A stretch of 64,000 nt of DNA, taken from positions 43,524,001-43,588,000 of the forward strand of contig OX597814.1 in the NCBI GenBank assembly GCA_951406725.2, in the 5' to 3' direction. The position numbers were made by a program, and so were the translations under genes. The notes beneath the pieces were generated by a model that made no database searches, was not told the DNA's origin, and saw only the letters and a list, made by a program, of their open reading frames with translations. Positions 13,348 through 26,018 of the stretch are shown here, one piece after another. The stretch is from Octopus vulgaris. Taxonomy: Eukaryota. Position 1 is the first letter of the stretch. Each line of letters begins with the position of its first letter.

Positions 13348-13671
13348 GGTACCCCCTTCGGTCATGACTGACCGTGGGTTTTCACCTAGAAATTTACCAT
13401 CCCAGGCACAAGTCTGGGCAAGATTGTTTATGGAAGACCAGCAGTCGCCCATGCATACCGGCCTCCCCTCTCCATGCCACCAGTGTTATCGAAGGGAAAG
13501 GCAAAGGGGCCGATACAGCTTAGCACCAGGGATGTTGCAACTCATTTCTACAGCTGGGTGAACTGGAGTAACGTGAAATAAAGTGTCTTGGTCAAGAACA
13601 CAACACTCAGCCCGGTCCGGGATTCGAGCTCACAACCTCACGATCATAAGTTCGACGCTCGAACCACTGAG

Positions 13672-13674
<3 letters not shown>
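13348..13674 (-). mobile_element. tRNA-derived SINE with RTE-type 3' tail
   Basis: Minus head atgactcagtggttcgagcgtcg...gagctcgaatcccggaccggg, core gtgttcttgaccaagacact, 3' end ccacggtcagtcatgaccgaaggggg resembling RTE LINE ends. Confidence 0.82.
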
Positions 13675-13722
<48 letters not shown>

Positions 13723-13726
<4 letters not shown>

Positions 13727-14007
13727 TAATGAGATAAAAACCCAAGTCAGTGTAGATTTTAGAACATTTATAAATAGAAGATCCTATAGTTCAAGACCTT
13801 CTATCTATAAAAGTTCTAAATTCTACACTGACTTGTTTTTTTTATCTCATTACGAAAAATAAAATTATATACACACACTGATATATGACCTGATTTGGAC
13901 TGTTTATTCGCATAATCACGGAACCTGAAACTTAACTATTGTCTATCCATAGCACTTATTCAGCATTACCTGACACCTTTGGGTCTCACTGACACCATTA
14001 CCTCTCC

Positions 14008-14012
<5 letters not shown>
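13723..14012 (+). repeat. PLE-type repeat family A with a fold-back palindrome (13723-13855)
   Basis: Arms ttcataatgagataaaaacccaagtcagtgtag... and ...ctacactgacttgtttttttatctcattacgaa; 13794-14012 matches the reverse complement of 47001-47220. Confidence 0.85.
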
Positions 14013-14094
<82 letters not shown>

Positions 14095-14151
14095 CACACA
14101 CACACACACATATATATATATACTTACTTTATTTAAAAGCAGCAGAAATAT

Positions 14152-14204
14152 AACAAAAGCTGTTACTCAGAGTTTCACGTTCCCGTTCGTCGGACAGTTT
14201 TGTT
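14152..14204 (-). ncRNA. Type I minimal hammerhead ribozyme (U4C core, palindromic stem III)
   Basis: Minus strand: aacaaaaCTGT-CCGACGA-ACG GGAA CGT-GAA-ACTC T GAGT-A|ACAGcttttgtt; stems I, II and III all pair, with a GUA cleavage triplet. Confidence 0.75.
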
Positions 14205-14392
14205 AAAACTTTTTCCAGAAACCTGTCAGACAGAGGTTTACATGAAATCTGAGGGGTAAATAAATGAATGTAATAATAATAACTGTGTAGATAGATTTTT
14301 CTCCTTATTTATTTGAATTGTTTTGGATATGCAATCTGCATATATATATATATGTGTGTGTGTGTGTATGTGCTTGTGTGTGTATGTGTTTG

Positions 14393-14435
<43 letters not shown>

Positions 14436-15185
14436 AGCGAGGGTGAGAGAGAGTAGAACCTTAGGACGTGAGTGAAAAACTCTTTCAATATACATCATTT
14501 TGACATACCATATATTAAATACATTAAATACGTTGAAATTTTGTTTAAAGGATATTGAGAAGTGAAAATATAACGCACGGATTTCTATATACTTTAATCA
14601 TATATTTGAAGTAATTTATTATAACCAAAATTATTAAAGCATACAATGATTAAAGAATGATTAAAGCATACAAAACTAGAACAAAATTATACAGGCAATC
14701 ATTCTTCTTATAAGACACAAACGTCGCCTCATTATTTTACAGCCAGTTGGAAAACTGCAGTAGATTCTGGAACGAGAATCATTTCACGAATACATGAAAC
14801 ATGAACGTATGTTTAAAATCTCAAACAAATGTACAAGAGAAAATAATCGCATTGAGAATGCATTAATCTTTATATGCGAACAGACTGTAGACAAGAAAGA
14901 TGTCCGAGATGAACAAAGTACACGGAGTTGGGAAAACAATTTTGATCTCACAGAAAGTAGTGAGGAACACAAAATAAAAAAAATAGAAGCAGCATCAAAG
15001 TTCAAGTAAAACTTCACTACTTACATACCGCATGAGGGAACAATACCGATACGAGCGGGGATGTGGGGGAAACTTGATGTTATTCGCGATCGACGAAATT
15101 GCGAGATAGCAAGTAGCCCAAACTCCCAGGTTTGGATGATAAATGCCATACTATATTGGGCAGAAATCACATACATACATACATA

Positions 15186-15690
15186 CATGGTGGCTGCCCC
15201 CTCGTTATCGAGTATGGCCATTGCGCTAAGTTTAATCAATGTTGTTATCGTGCAATGCCTGTGCAAGAAGATTTTTTTTAAGTGTGGAAAGGCTGTGCAC
15301 TGAGTCAATCCCACTCACTAAGCAACAGCAGCCATAATCCGAAAAGAAGAACAAGTCAACATCATCGGTAACCACTGAGCCGCAGATTTTATGTCGGAGT
15401 TATCCAAGTTACCTGAGTTACTTTCTCCTAGAAGGATGCCCTAACAAAGGCTAGCAGTCCTTCACTCCCAACGGTTTAACCGCGCGATCGGATATTCAGT
15501 CCGATTATTTCTCTGTCCCCGCGCATGATACAGCCTTAATACATTTATTGGATGGCCATTGACTCTCAAGAGTTCCTCCACCCTTTGACGGGTTTTGTTT
15601 TTCATCCCGCAGGGTGTCCAGTAAACACCCTCCTCACCAAGCAAGCTTGGTGGGGTTGCCGTTTTAGTCGCCGACGACCCGACCATGCAA
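15186..15690 (-). mobile_element. Non-autonomous RTE-like element (structured 5' UTR plus 3' end) in a (TACA)n tract
   Basis: GC-richer island flanked by (TACA)n; minus 3' end caatggccatactcgataacgagggggcagccac followed by a (ATGT)n tail resembles RTE termini. Confidence 0.6.
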
Positions 15691-15778
15691 CATACATACA
15701 TACATACATACATATATACATACATACATATGTACGTTCATACATACATAGATACACACATACACACATACACATATA

Positions 15779-16700
15779 TAGGGTCATCCCATAAATAATG
15801 CGGTGTTTTATACTTACTTTATTTTTCAAAATTAAAATAAAGAAAGTTCGTTTTTATCTAACGTATATACTTCGTTTTCTGCAATACTCTTCTACCTAAC
15901 TGGAAGACTTACAAGGTCCATATTCCAAAATTCACTTGTCCGTGACGAAAAATACTCCTCGAATACTGTTCTGACCTCATCTACAGAATTCATATATTTT
16001 CTGTCCAAATGATTGTGGGGACTGCGGAATAAATGATAATCAGATAGGGAAACGTTCAGCAAATATGTTTGTTGAGGCATTGTTTCCCATTCAAACATTT
16101 CCAGCCTTTGGAATGTCATCCTCGCTGTATGTGACCGAGCATTAGACTGGGAAAGTTTGCGAGGAACCCAGTGACCCAATTTGCAGACTCTTCCAATGGC
16201 ACGCAGGTGTTGATGAATGGTTGAATGACCAAATCCAAGCTTCACTGCTAGTTCATCAACAGTTACAATGGGATTTTGTTCCGTTAGGGTTAGCAGGGCG
16301 CCCTCGTCGAGCTCTACGGATCTTCTAGGAACAAGCTCGTCTTCTAGGCTTTAGTTTCCAGCTCAGAATTTCTAGAACCACTGTTGACACAAACTTACGC
16401 TTATTGTCCGATCCTCATATACTGCATTAATATTCCTCACACTATCCGTTGCGCTGTTGCCTTTACTGAACTCATAAGGCAAAATATCCCAAATATGCTT
16501 CGTTGTAACTTCCATTATAGCTTTGAAAAAATAACTGTTGAAATCGAAATGCACTCTTCAAAACGTGCACTAAGAATAAGGCGCAAAGAAAAATTGCTAC
16601 CTGCTTTTATAGCAAGTTGATATCAGGTTAATTTATCCCGTCCTACTCCAGCTTTTAATTCATGCAATTGAAAAGCCGCATTATTTATAGGATGACCCAA
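15779..16700 (-). mobile_element. Mariner (DD34D) element, internally deleted, with TIRs
   Basis: TIRs gggtcatcccataaataatgcgg (15781) and ccgcattatttataggatgaccc (16676-16698) with TA flanks; peptides YEFSKGNSA, QQWF, LGHWVPRKL, NARSHTA, SDYHLFRS. Confidence 0.93.
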
Positions 16701-16869
16701 TACATACATACATACATATATACATACATATATACATACATTTTTGAACGAATCTATACAAATCACAAATTTGCTTCTAAACCTCTGGGAGTATATAGAG
16801 TGATGAGGAAGGAAAATATTACCGTTAAGATTTTGAGTCACTCAGGTTGAAATCTGGTATGAAATAATG

Positions 16870-17335
16870 TATCTCAACCTCAATGCATCGTGACTAAATG
16901 AAGTAAAATGAGAATAGTATACTAATATCAGCAGTAAAACAAATGTGATTGACTCGGCCATTTTCACCATAGATTTAGGCAAACTGTATAGGCACTAGGA
17001 AGGGACTTGATAGCTGGATACTGGTATAAGAGGCTGTCATTTTACATGAAACCACTACTAAGTATATTCAAAAGTACTATGAAAGGTCAGATTGGCATAG
17101 CAAGTTGCCTAAATATTACTCTTTACTCTTTTACTCTTTTACTTGTTTCAGCCATTTGACTACGGCCATGCTGGAGCATCGCCTTGAGTCGAGCAAATTG
17201 ACCCAAAGACTTATTCTTTGTGCGCTTAGCACTTATTCTAGCGGTCTCTTTTTGCCGAACCGCTAAGTTACGGGGGACATGAACACACCAGCATCGGTTG
17301 TCGAGCGATGTTGGGGGGAAAACACAGGCACACAA

Positions 17336-17372
<37 letters not shown>

Positions 17373-19465
17373 CATATATACGACGAGCTTCTTTCAGTTT
17401 CCGTCTACCAAGTCCACTCACAAGGCTTTGGTCGGCCCGAGGCTATAGTAGAAGACACCTGCCCAAAGTTCCACGCAGTGGGACTGAACCAGGAACCATG
17501 TGGTTAGTAAGCAAACTACTTACCACACAGCCACTCCTGCGCCTTATTATGTATAAACTCTACACATTTCCTCACTTAATTCCTCTAGGTTCATTGTGAG
17601 TCTAACAACATAGTGCCTGATGGGGAGCCTGGTGGAATGTAGGTAGTGTTAGGATGTGCGGAACAACTGCTGATATACAAAGCAGCTGTACTCTTTGAAA
17701 TAAAAACATCGGGACCTATCAAGTGTATGGCTTGGTTATAAGAAGGTATTTGATTCTCTTCCACACTAATGGCTACTGAAGTGCCGCCATTTGGCAGAAG
17801 TGCCAGCTACCATCATTGCTGCCACTGAGAGACTCAGAAAGACCTTGGCTACAATCTTCACACTTAGAGCAGAGAGAAGACCGATTGTCTCTAATGCCAT
17901 AAATATTTTAAAAGGAACACTCCAGGGAAATAATCTCTCTGTACTTCTGTTCATTTTGGTGTTAAGCCTATTAACAGAAAACAAATGGCTACACACTAGG
18001 TTCTGCAACTGCAAGATATATTAATGTAACCCATAATTACTATGTGGATACCCTTGAGATTTATGCTAAAAATATTACCAATGCCATAAAACAGCTGGAA
18101 TAATTAACATTTTCAACTAATGTAGGAATGGAATTTAGCCAGAAGAAATGTTCTTATTTAGGTGTTGAACGGGTAAATTCACTCTCCCAGACACAAAACC
18201 TGCACATCGACGGCCTTACTATCTCTCCTTTTCCGCACGAAGAATGCCACAAGTACCTAGGCATTGATGAAAATATATCACATCAAGGTACTTTGAATAA
18301 AGATAGAGTGCCCCAAGCTTATTGCACCAGACTAAAAAAAATATGACAGACCAAACCCTCCTTTTACAACAAAACAATATCCCCCAATGCAATAATGGGA
18401 TACTTGAATGGTCTTTAGAAGAAATCCACTCCATAGACATTAACGCTTGCAAGATCCTATCATCAGCAGGAAATAAAAAAATTAGTGATGTTGACAGGCT
18501 CTACTTATAAAGCAAAAATAAATTCATTAACTTAGTACTTGAAAAATGAAGAAGTGATCACCTTAGAATGTACGCTTTTCTTGATGATCTCCCATAAAAC
18601 CCCAAATCAGCCGGAATGGCATACCTCAAAGAGGACCTGGAAGTGAAATGCTCAGCATACCAAGAACATTCTATGCATGGGTATGTTTTTCATAGAATTG
18701 AAGATAGTAACAATAATATGAAGCGAAGCCTCTCTTGGACTCGCGACCGCTTCATCACACTTCGACGGATATGCATTTGCAATCTAAGAACAAGCGATTA
18801 CTAATAATTACCTAATCAATAAAGCAGACAGTTTAGCCACTGGACTTCCAAGATGCAACCGTAAATGTAGATTTTGTCATATTTCTGTGGAAGACATCAC
18901 ACATGATTAGCAGCTGCTGAAAAATGTCACCAATGTGTTACTTCTCGATGAGAAATGATATTGTCGCAAAAAGCAATATACAATGCCATTCGGAAGAAAG
19001 AACGTCAAGAAATAATTATAGATAGAGCATTCCCGTGTTACTGAATACGTACAAAAATATAGCACAAGTAATACTAGTGAAACATTCCCATCAAAACATC
19101 TGTCAAGTGTAAGCCTAGCAGATCGCATATTGCTGTTTAGGACACGCAAGTAAAAGTATGTACCGTCATGCAGGTAAGCTGTCCTGTTAATGTGAATGTC
19201 TCTTTTGAAAATCAAAGAGAAAGGTAACTACGGACAACAGATTCCAAACCTCCATCTTCTATATTCGGTTTACAAATTTGAATTTATACCAATAATGATT
19301 GGAACCCTTCTTCTAAGTAACTGTCTAACTTTCGATCTCGATAAACTTGGATTTTCAGAAAAAAGAAATCAATCGATTCGCACATTACAAATACAATCTC
19401 TAAGCGGAATAGTTAAACTACGCAAGTCTTTTGTTAGGTTTAAACTGTGACATTGTATTTGTTTT
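16870..19465 (+). mobile_element. R4/Dong-clade LINE remnant (RT, CCHC, restriction-like endonuclease), interrupted by a SINE
   Basis: GCAEQLLI, WLGYKKVFDSLPH*WL, GTLQGNNLSVLLF, GMEFSQKKC, KYLGIDE, SDVDRLYL, CRFCHISVEDITHMISSC, FIPIMIGTL. Confidence 0.88.
17119..17544 (-). mobile_element. Full-length tRNA-derived SINE (abundant octopod-type family)
   Basis: Minus head ggcgcaggagtggctgtgtggtaag...ggttcagtcccac, internal (TA)(TG) tract, (AAGAGTA)n tail; matches 19469-19885. Confidence 0.92.
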
Positions 19466-19468
19466 ATC

Positions 19469-19885
19469 TGTGGTAAGTAGCTTGCTTGCCAACCACATGG
19501 TTCTGGGTTTAAGTCCCACTGCGTGACACTTTGGGCAAGTGTCTTTTTCTATAGCCTCGACCGACCAAAGCCTTGTGAATGGATTTGGTAGACGGAAACT
19601 GAAAGAAGCTCGTCGTATATATGTATATGTATATATACATGTGTGTGTGTGTGTGTGTGTGTGCGTGTGTGTGTTTGTGTGCCTGTGTTTGTCCCCCAAC
19701 ATCACTTGACAACCGATGCTGGTGTGTTTAAGTCCCCGTAGCTTAGCGGTTCAGCAAAAGAGAACGATAGAATAAGTACTAGGCTTACAAAGAATAAGTC
19801 CTGGGGTTGGATTGCTCGATTAAAGGCGGTGCTCCAGCATGGCCGCAGTCAAATGACTGAAACAATTAAAAGAGTAAAGAGAGTA
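19469..19885 (+). mobile_element. tRNA-derived SINE, same family as 17119-17544
   Basis: ctgtggtaagtagcttgcttgccaaccacatggttc...aaatgactgaaacaattaaaagagtaaagagagta. Confidence 0.92.
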
Positions 19886-21838
19886 TTCCAAAGATGAAGC
19901 ATAGTATCTTTTTTTAGAAACCAGCTCCTACTTCAGAGGAAGAATTTATATGATCAATTACGGAAGAGACATACATACATACACATGTTTTAAAACATAT
20001 TGATCAATCTGATACGCCGCTTTTGTTGAATACGCTACGCTGACAAGTGTAATAAAACTAAAATATGGCTTTCGTTTCTGCAAGTTGGTTTTAAAAATCG
20101 GACCTGCTCTAATTCACGATTTCTATATTGTCCTAAATTTATCTCTCCTTCATGTTGAAACATGAACAACAGTGTGTTTACCTTAAATTTGTTGGATAAT
20201 TTAAATTAATCAACACTTTCAACTCACTATAATACCATAAATGTCTGTAATTTAAAACGTATATTTATTAAAGCTAGTGCATTTGAAATTAGCAAAATAC
20301 AACCTATCGGTCAATTACATCATTTTTATCTTATAATGTTTCTTTTCTCATGCTTTTCGAAGTGGAAACTACCAAAGAAAGAACGAGCGAAGACATTTAA
20401 ATTGCACTAAGTGTAGATTATTCACTGTTAATATCATTATGTAATATTTTTATTGATTTTTAGACAGTTTCTATAGTTTAATTCCCATTAATTTTTCTTT
20501 ATGTTTTCAGTTTTTTTTTATTTCAACTGAAAATTTATTTCCAATTAACCTATGATATATAATCGCTTCATCGTAACATTTAAAAAATCTATTATGTTCA
20601 ACATGTCGTAAAAACATTAACAGTACAGTTTCATAAACGTTCCTGTGTGTTTTATTTTTGCATTTTCATTATTCACTTCGTTACTAAGCTTTTTATTATC
20701 ATTTCCAAAACAATCTTTAGGTTAAAGCAATATCGAGAGGTCAAAGAGCATAGCCAACATTTCATATTATCTTTATAAATGATTGATGCTCATTCACATC
20801 AGTATTGTTATTACTTTTGGTACTTTTATTGATTCTATTGTTCATTTACTGTTTACAATAGCTGAGTTAACCATTTGTTAGGCCGGGTTGCTAGTGCCAA
20901 TCTAATGTTTAATGAAACAGAAGTGTTATTAATATTTTCGCTCACATAGAAAGAGGTTAGATGAAAAATGTTTTATTGATTAGCATTTCAGTTCTACTCC
21001 CGATTCATATCTACAATATTTCCAGTCTTCTTTACTCAATAAATTAAGTAAACTGATTGGATTTATTGTTGGAATCAATATTATTTCTGTATTGTCAAAA
21101 CCATAATAATTAGTAGCAACTCATGACCACAAAATCAATGAAACTATGGAGAGGAAAGCAAAAACACACGCTATTCTGATCGATAATTATGACGATTAGT
21201 TGCAACCTTGTGTTTACTATACTCTCTCGTCAATGCAATTATCTCCACCATTCTCCTTTTCTTAAACCAGACGCTATGACCGACATCAGCAATGGTATTC
21301 TCCTGTAGCTGTAAACATCCTTTGTGCACTTTGTTTTACGACAAATTTGACTAGATAATGTAGTAATTACAGAATATCCATATTTGGCACGAGATTAAAA
21401 TCTGTTATAATGCGGAAGGTGATTTAGCTGGAGATTTAAATGCTGACTTTTCTTTGACAGCAAATTTTAACAGAATCGCCAAATGTCATCTCATTCTTGG
21501 AATTGATTGTTATAACCGTCGATGTTAAACTGAAATTTTATGGGAATGTTCTTTTGAATGTAATACTTAAGACTTAATAGCGTTTAAATACACACCCTAT
21601 CATGAAGAGTTTGTACATAAAATGTGTTAAAAATTATGAATGTATATCTTTAACCGTATTAACCTAAGCCTATTAACCTACATATATGTGTATATGTGTG
21701 TATATATTGTTATATCTTTGCAGAATTGAAAATGGCTAAGAATTTGATTCCGAATAACGCAGTCCATGGTTTATACTCAGCGATTGCGAAATTGAATGCG
21801 TTTTATCGTGGGTCGAGTCGACCGCAAGCCCCTTATGA

Positions 21839-21907
21839 GTAAATAAACCTCCTATGGATTATAACTGAAAATGGTAAATAAACCTCCTATGGATTATAAC
21901 TGAAAAT
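21839..21907 (+). repeat. Perfect 35-bp-period tandem duplication in a degraded SINE
   Basis: gtaaataaacctcctatggattataactgaaaat occurs twice. Confidence 0.93.
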
Positions 21908-23099
21908 CAAATGACAAGCTTTCTCATACACGTTGTGTCATGCTCACTCAGCCTGAAGATTACATTAGTGATACACATGTATGTGGATTAGTCAGCCGCT
22001 TATAAGCTAATTGAATTAGAATATGGCACAACTCATGGAACAGCTGAATTCTTATTGTCAGAAGCGACAGCGCTTCATCTATTTTACATGGTACATGGAG
22101 ACAGAGATGAAGTAACTCGTTCATTCATAACTTTGGCAATCAAGCCACATAAATAGTCAAAATAGAGACCTCACGCTAAATCTACATTGATTCGTTGAAG
22201 AGAAACTGGAGAATATCCTCCAATCGTGTGATGCTAAGCGTGTAGTTTTTCAGCGCGAAAAATACAGTAAGAGCATATGTATGAAAGTAATATATTATGG
22301 CACCCCTTCCCTTAAATTTGAGCGCTTGCAATCACTTTACTTGTTAAGCCTCACTATCGATGGTGATATTTCCACGTGAATGTATGATACATAAAAATAA
22401 CATCTTAAATACGATTCTTTTCAGTTACCGAAAATTTTTAGCTCCCAAACAGATAGAACTTCTACAAAAACCACGTAAATCTCACAACACTTTCAAATTC
22501 GAGAGTATGTTGCTGCTGTGCGCTAACCTTTTGAACTGTATCTTTAGAAAGACTGCTCGACTTTCGACAAGAAATCACGCAAAAACACCGAACAACCTCT
22601 GGTCTGCAGCTGTACCGTTTCCTCCCTTCTCACTCATTTCATTGACCTCTTCTTTTCTATTGAAACATATTCTATCCTAACCTTCAGACACTGCACTACC
22701 AACGTCATCCTGCTTATGCTTGTTAAAGAGTTGGTCGTCTGAAATGCTTTTCCAAAAGCCACTTTTGTACAGTCCATATATGAACGGTTTCAGCGGAACA
22801 TGAAAGTCATACAATACACCTGTTACTATAGGCAGCGATGCATATAGGCATAGCTCCGTCTTCCACCCAAAATTAATACAATAAATCAAACTGTAGCGTT
22901 ATCACATGTCAACATTCATCAAAGCGAGCTGCTACATAGAGGAATGATAAACATATAGTCATATGATAAACATACATATTCATATGTCGAGAGTATGCCC
23001 CATATAAATACGTCTATTCTTGCAAGAGCTTGTTTCCTAGATACAGTGAGTATGAAACAAACAAACGACCTAAAAATAGACAACCTATCTCAGGTGATG

Positions 23100-24960
23100 A
23101 ATCTGCTAAAAGAAAAAGGGTAAGAAAATACGAAAATACCGAACTGCAGCAGTGGATAATTTAAGTCAGATCTCAATTTATTTTTCCACTGCATTAAGCA
23201 GAAATCATCTGCACTCAACCAGATTGGCTCTCTACTTGACCATAAATGGATCAGATACAAATAACTTATCAGAAATATGCGTGCTCTTGCTTCAAAAGTG
23301 TAACTATGCATTTTCCAAAGTATAATACATCATCCAAACGAAAGCTTTCATCCACAGAATTCAACTGGGGAGACACGTCTGAGAAATTATATGCTTCCAA
23401 CTATTAATGAACAAGATTCAAACACAGCATCGGGACCAGATTGTCTCCTCACTTTATTGTTAATACGGGCCAAAGCAGCCCTGCCAAACCATTACACACG
23501 CTATTCAAATGTCGCTAGATAACGGCATATTCACAAAAACACTGAAAGGAACAATAGTAACACATATAAACAATGGAGATCGCAGGGCAGAAGCTAAAAG
23601 TTACAGACATCTCACATCTCCCATATTATATTGTTGAACGCATTTTCTGAAAACGAATTGCGTACCTTTAGGAAAATAGCCTCTTAGATGATACACAACA
23701 TGTCTTTGGGACTAGACGTAATTGCCTGTTACTCCTATTACAGCGCCATGACATTATCCTCAACAATCTCGTGAGAAGAATGATAATATAGACCTAGATT
23801 TTGTTAAAGCGTTGGAAAGATTGATCATCGAATCGTTTGCCATAGGGTGGGGGATCTTAGTACAACTGATAAACTAGGAGAATGGCTCTTCGACTTCCTT
23901 CGAGGTAATAATCAATCTGCTGCTACAAATTATTTTCTCTCTGCAAAGTCATCTGTAATAAGTGGTATACCTCAAGGTAGGTTGCAAGGACCATTATTAT
24001 TTATCATCATTCTATCAGGTATATGTTCACAACTGCACGAGGCTAAACTAACGATTTTCGCTGACGCCACAACATTATCGTTAGCTATCCAATCTCCAAA
24101 ATGAGTTAAATCTCAGTCATCAATGGGTAGGTAAAACAATATGAAATTTAATACATAAACATTTCAGGCTCTTCATGACAAAGAGAATACACACAAATGA
24201 CACATTTGAGACAAGCCAACAATGATTCAGAGCGCTAGTGATATACGCGACTTAGGGCTAATCATGTCAAATGATACGTCTTTCCTCAGCCACTTCAACA
24301 AACTGACACCAAAATGCGACATCTCACAGGATTGATCCTAAGTACATTCGTGACAAGAGAACCGTTAGCTATGCTGACTCTATGGAAAAACTTACTTCTG
24401 AGTAGATTAGATTACTTCTCACAGACTTGACCTCAAAAGTCATCCGGCCTCATAGAAGAAATTAAAGAGTTACAAATGTGTTCTCCTGTAAAACAACTTC
24501 GGCTAAAGCCATTATTACTTGGGACGCCTGAAAGATTTGTGTCTCCATTTTCTTCAATGCCGGAAAGAGAGATATACTGTTATATACGTATGGCAAATAC
24601 ATGGGGAGCGTGTTCCAAGCTTCGGCATTACAGAAAAAGTTAATACACAAGTTTGTAGAAACTGTCCGATTCCCAATATACCACTTTCGATATCGCGACG
24701 AAAATACTATTGAAGCAGTTTGATATTTAGAGGTCATCGGTTGGTCAACTACCTGACTATTGAAATCTGAAATATAAAAGGGACGTCTACGGAAACATAA
24801 AAAAAAAAAAACACATTTGATAATCTCCTTGCGACGATATCGGACAAACCAACCATTCTAATATGCATTCAAGGAGAATCACCTGCTACAAACACACAAC
24901 CATAAACCAATTTAAAGCTAAACAGAATTCAGTGGCATCATTGATCCCAGTGTTTCATAA
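23100..24960 (+). mobile_element. CR1-clade LINE ORF2 remnant (RT to C-terminus)
   Basis: NTASGPD, LDFVKA, LGEWLFDFLRG, VISGIPQGRLQGPLLFII, IFADAT, RDLGLIM, LQCRKERYTVIYVWQI. Confidence 0.9.
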
Positions 24961-25965
24961 GTGACGAGAAACTTAAAAGTAATACTACAAAAATAAAGTA
25001 TTTAAAGACGTATGATGTGATCTGTAACCTACCACCCGTTCGAAAAGATCTTGAATGAATAAGTAACATTTCGAATTGTGCGATTTAATGTAATGTTACG
25101 CAAAAGTTTTGCAAGGATATTGATATGTACTAATCCCAATAAATTCATGAAACAATTTTTTTATTATTAAAAACCGCTCTCTGATCATATGCAGCAAGTT
25201 TTAATAGTGTAAACCATGTTGGAAATCATCATGCGCATTTCTATGCATAGTAAGTCTGTCCCAAGTCTCATTTATTTATGCGGTGTAGTGTACTAAACCA
25301 GTTCATAGAATTCGGCCTATGTATTTGAAAATCGACCTAACATTCCAACGTTTTAGCATATCATTCTACACAAAATCTCATTCTATTAGTAAAAACTAAA
25401 GACATCCATACATCTCCATCTGATATTCTTACAAGAAACAAAATGACGTAGTATCTAGAATATTCTGAGGGACAAACACGTTATTTTAGTAGTTTGTTTT
25501 CATTTTATATCACTTCAATAAAACAGCGTATGATTTTATTATCAACATATAATAATTGCAGTCGAAGGAATAGTTTAGGATTGCATGATTATAGTAATCA
25601 ATACCGATATTATTTATAATTAGAAGTTTTCCACTGGCTTCTATATTCCATTTAAATATATTTTTAGCACCATTGTTATTGGGCATGAACTGTATTTGCA
25701 TGTTGCACTTTTTATTTGTATTTTACTTTGATGACGACCACATATGGGAAATATAAAAAAATATATACTGGGATGCTTATTAACAAAATACAAGTAAAAT
25801 CGACATAGACAGAACCGGTTTGAAATTATCAATGAATGTCAACGGGAACTGCTAAACAATTTTCATTTCAGTAACGATATATTTTATTATTTACACCAAC
25901 CTTGGTGTGACCCATTCTTGCAGACATCAATAGCGTGTTTTCTTCCACAACGCGACTTCCACACA

Positions 25966-26018
<53 letters not shown>

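Noticed and set aside
12233-13561. 261-aa and 170-aa ORFs as a host gene
   Set aside because: They are chimeras of microsatellite, CR1 endonuclease remnant and antisense SINE.
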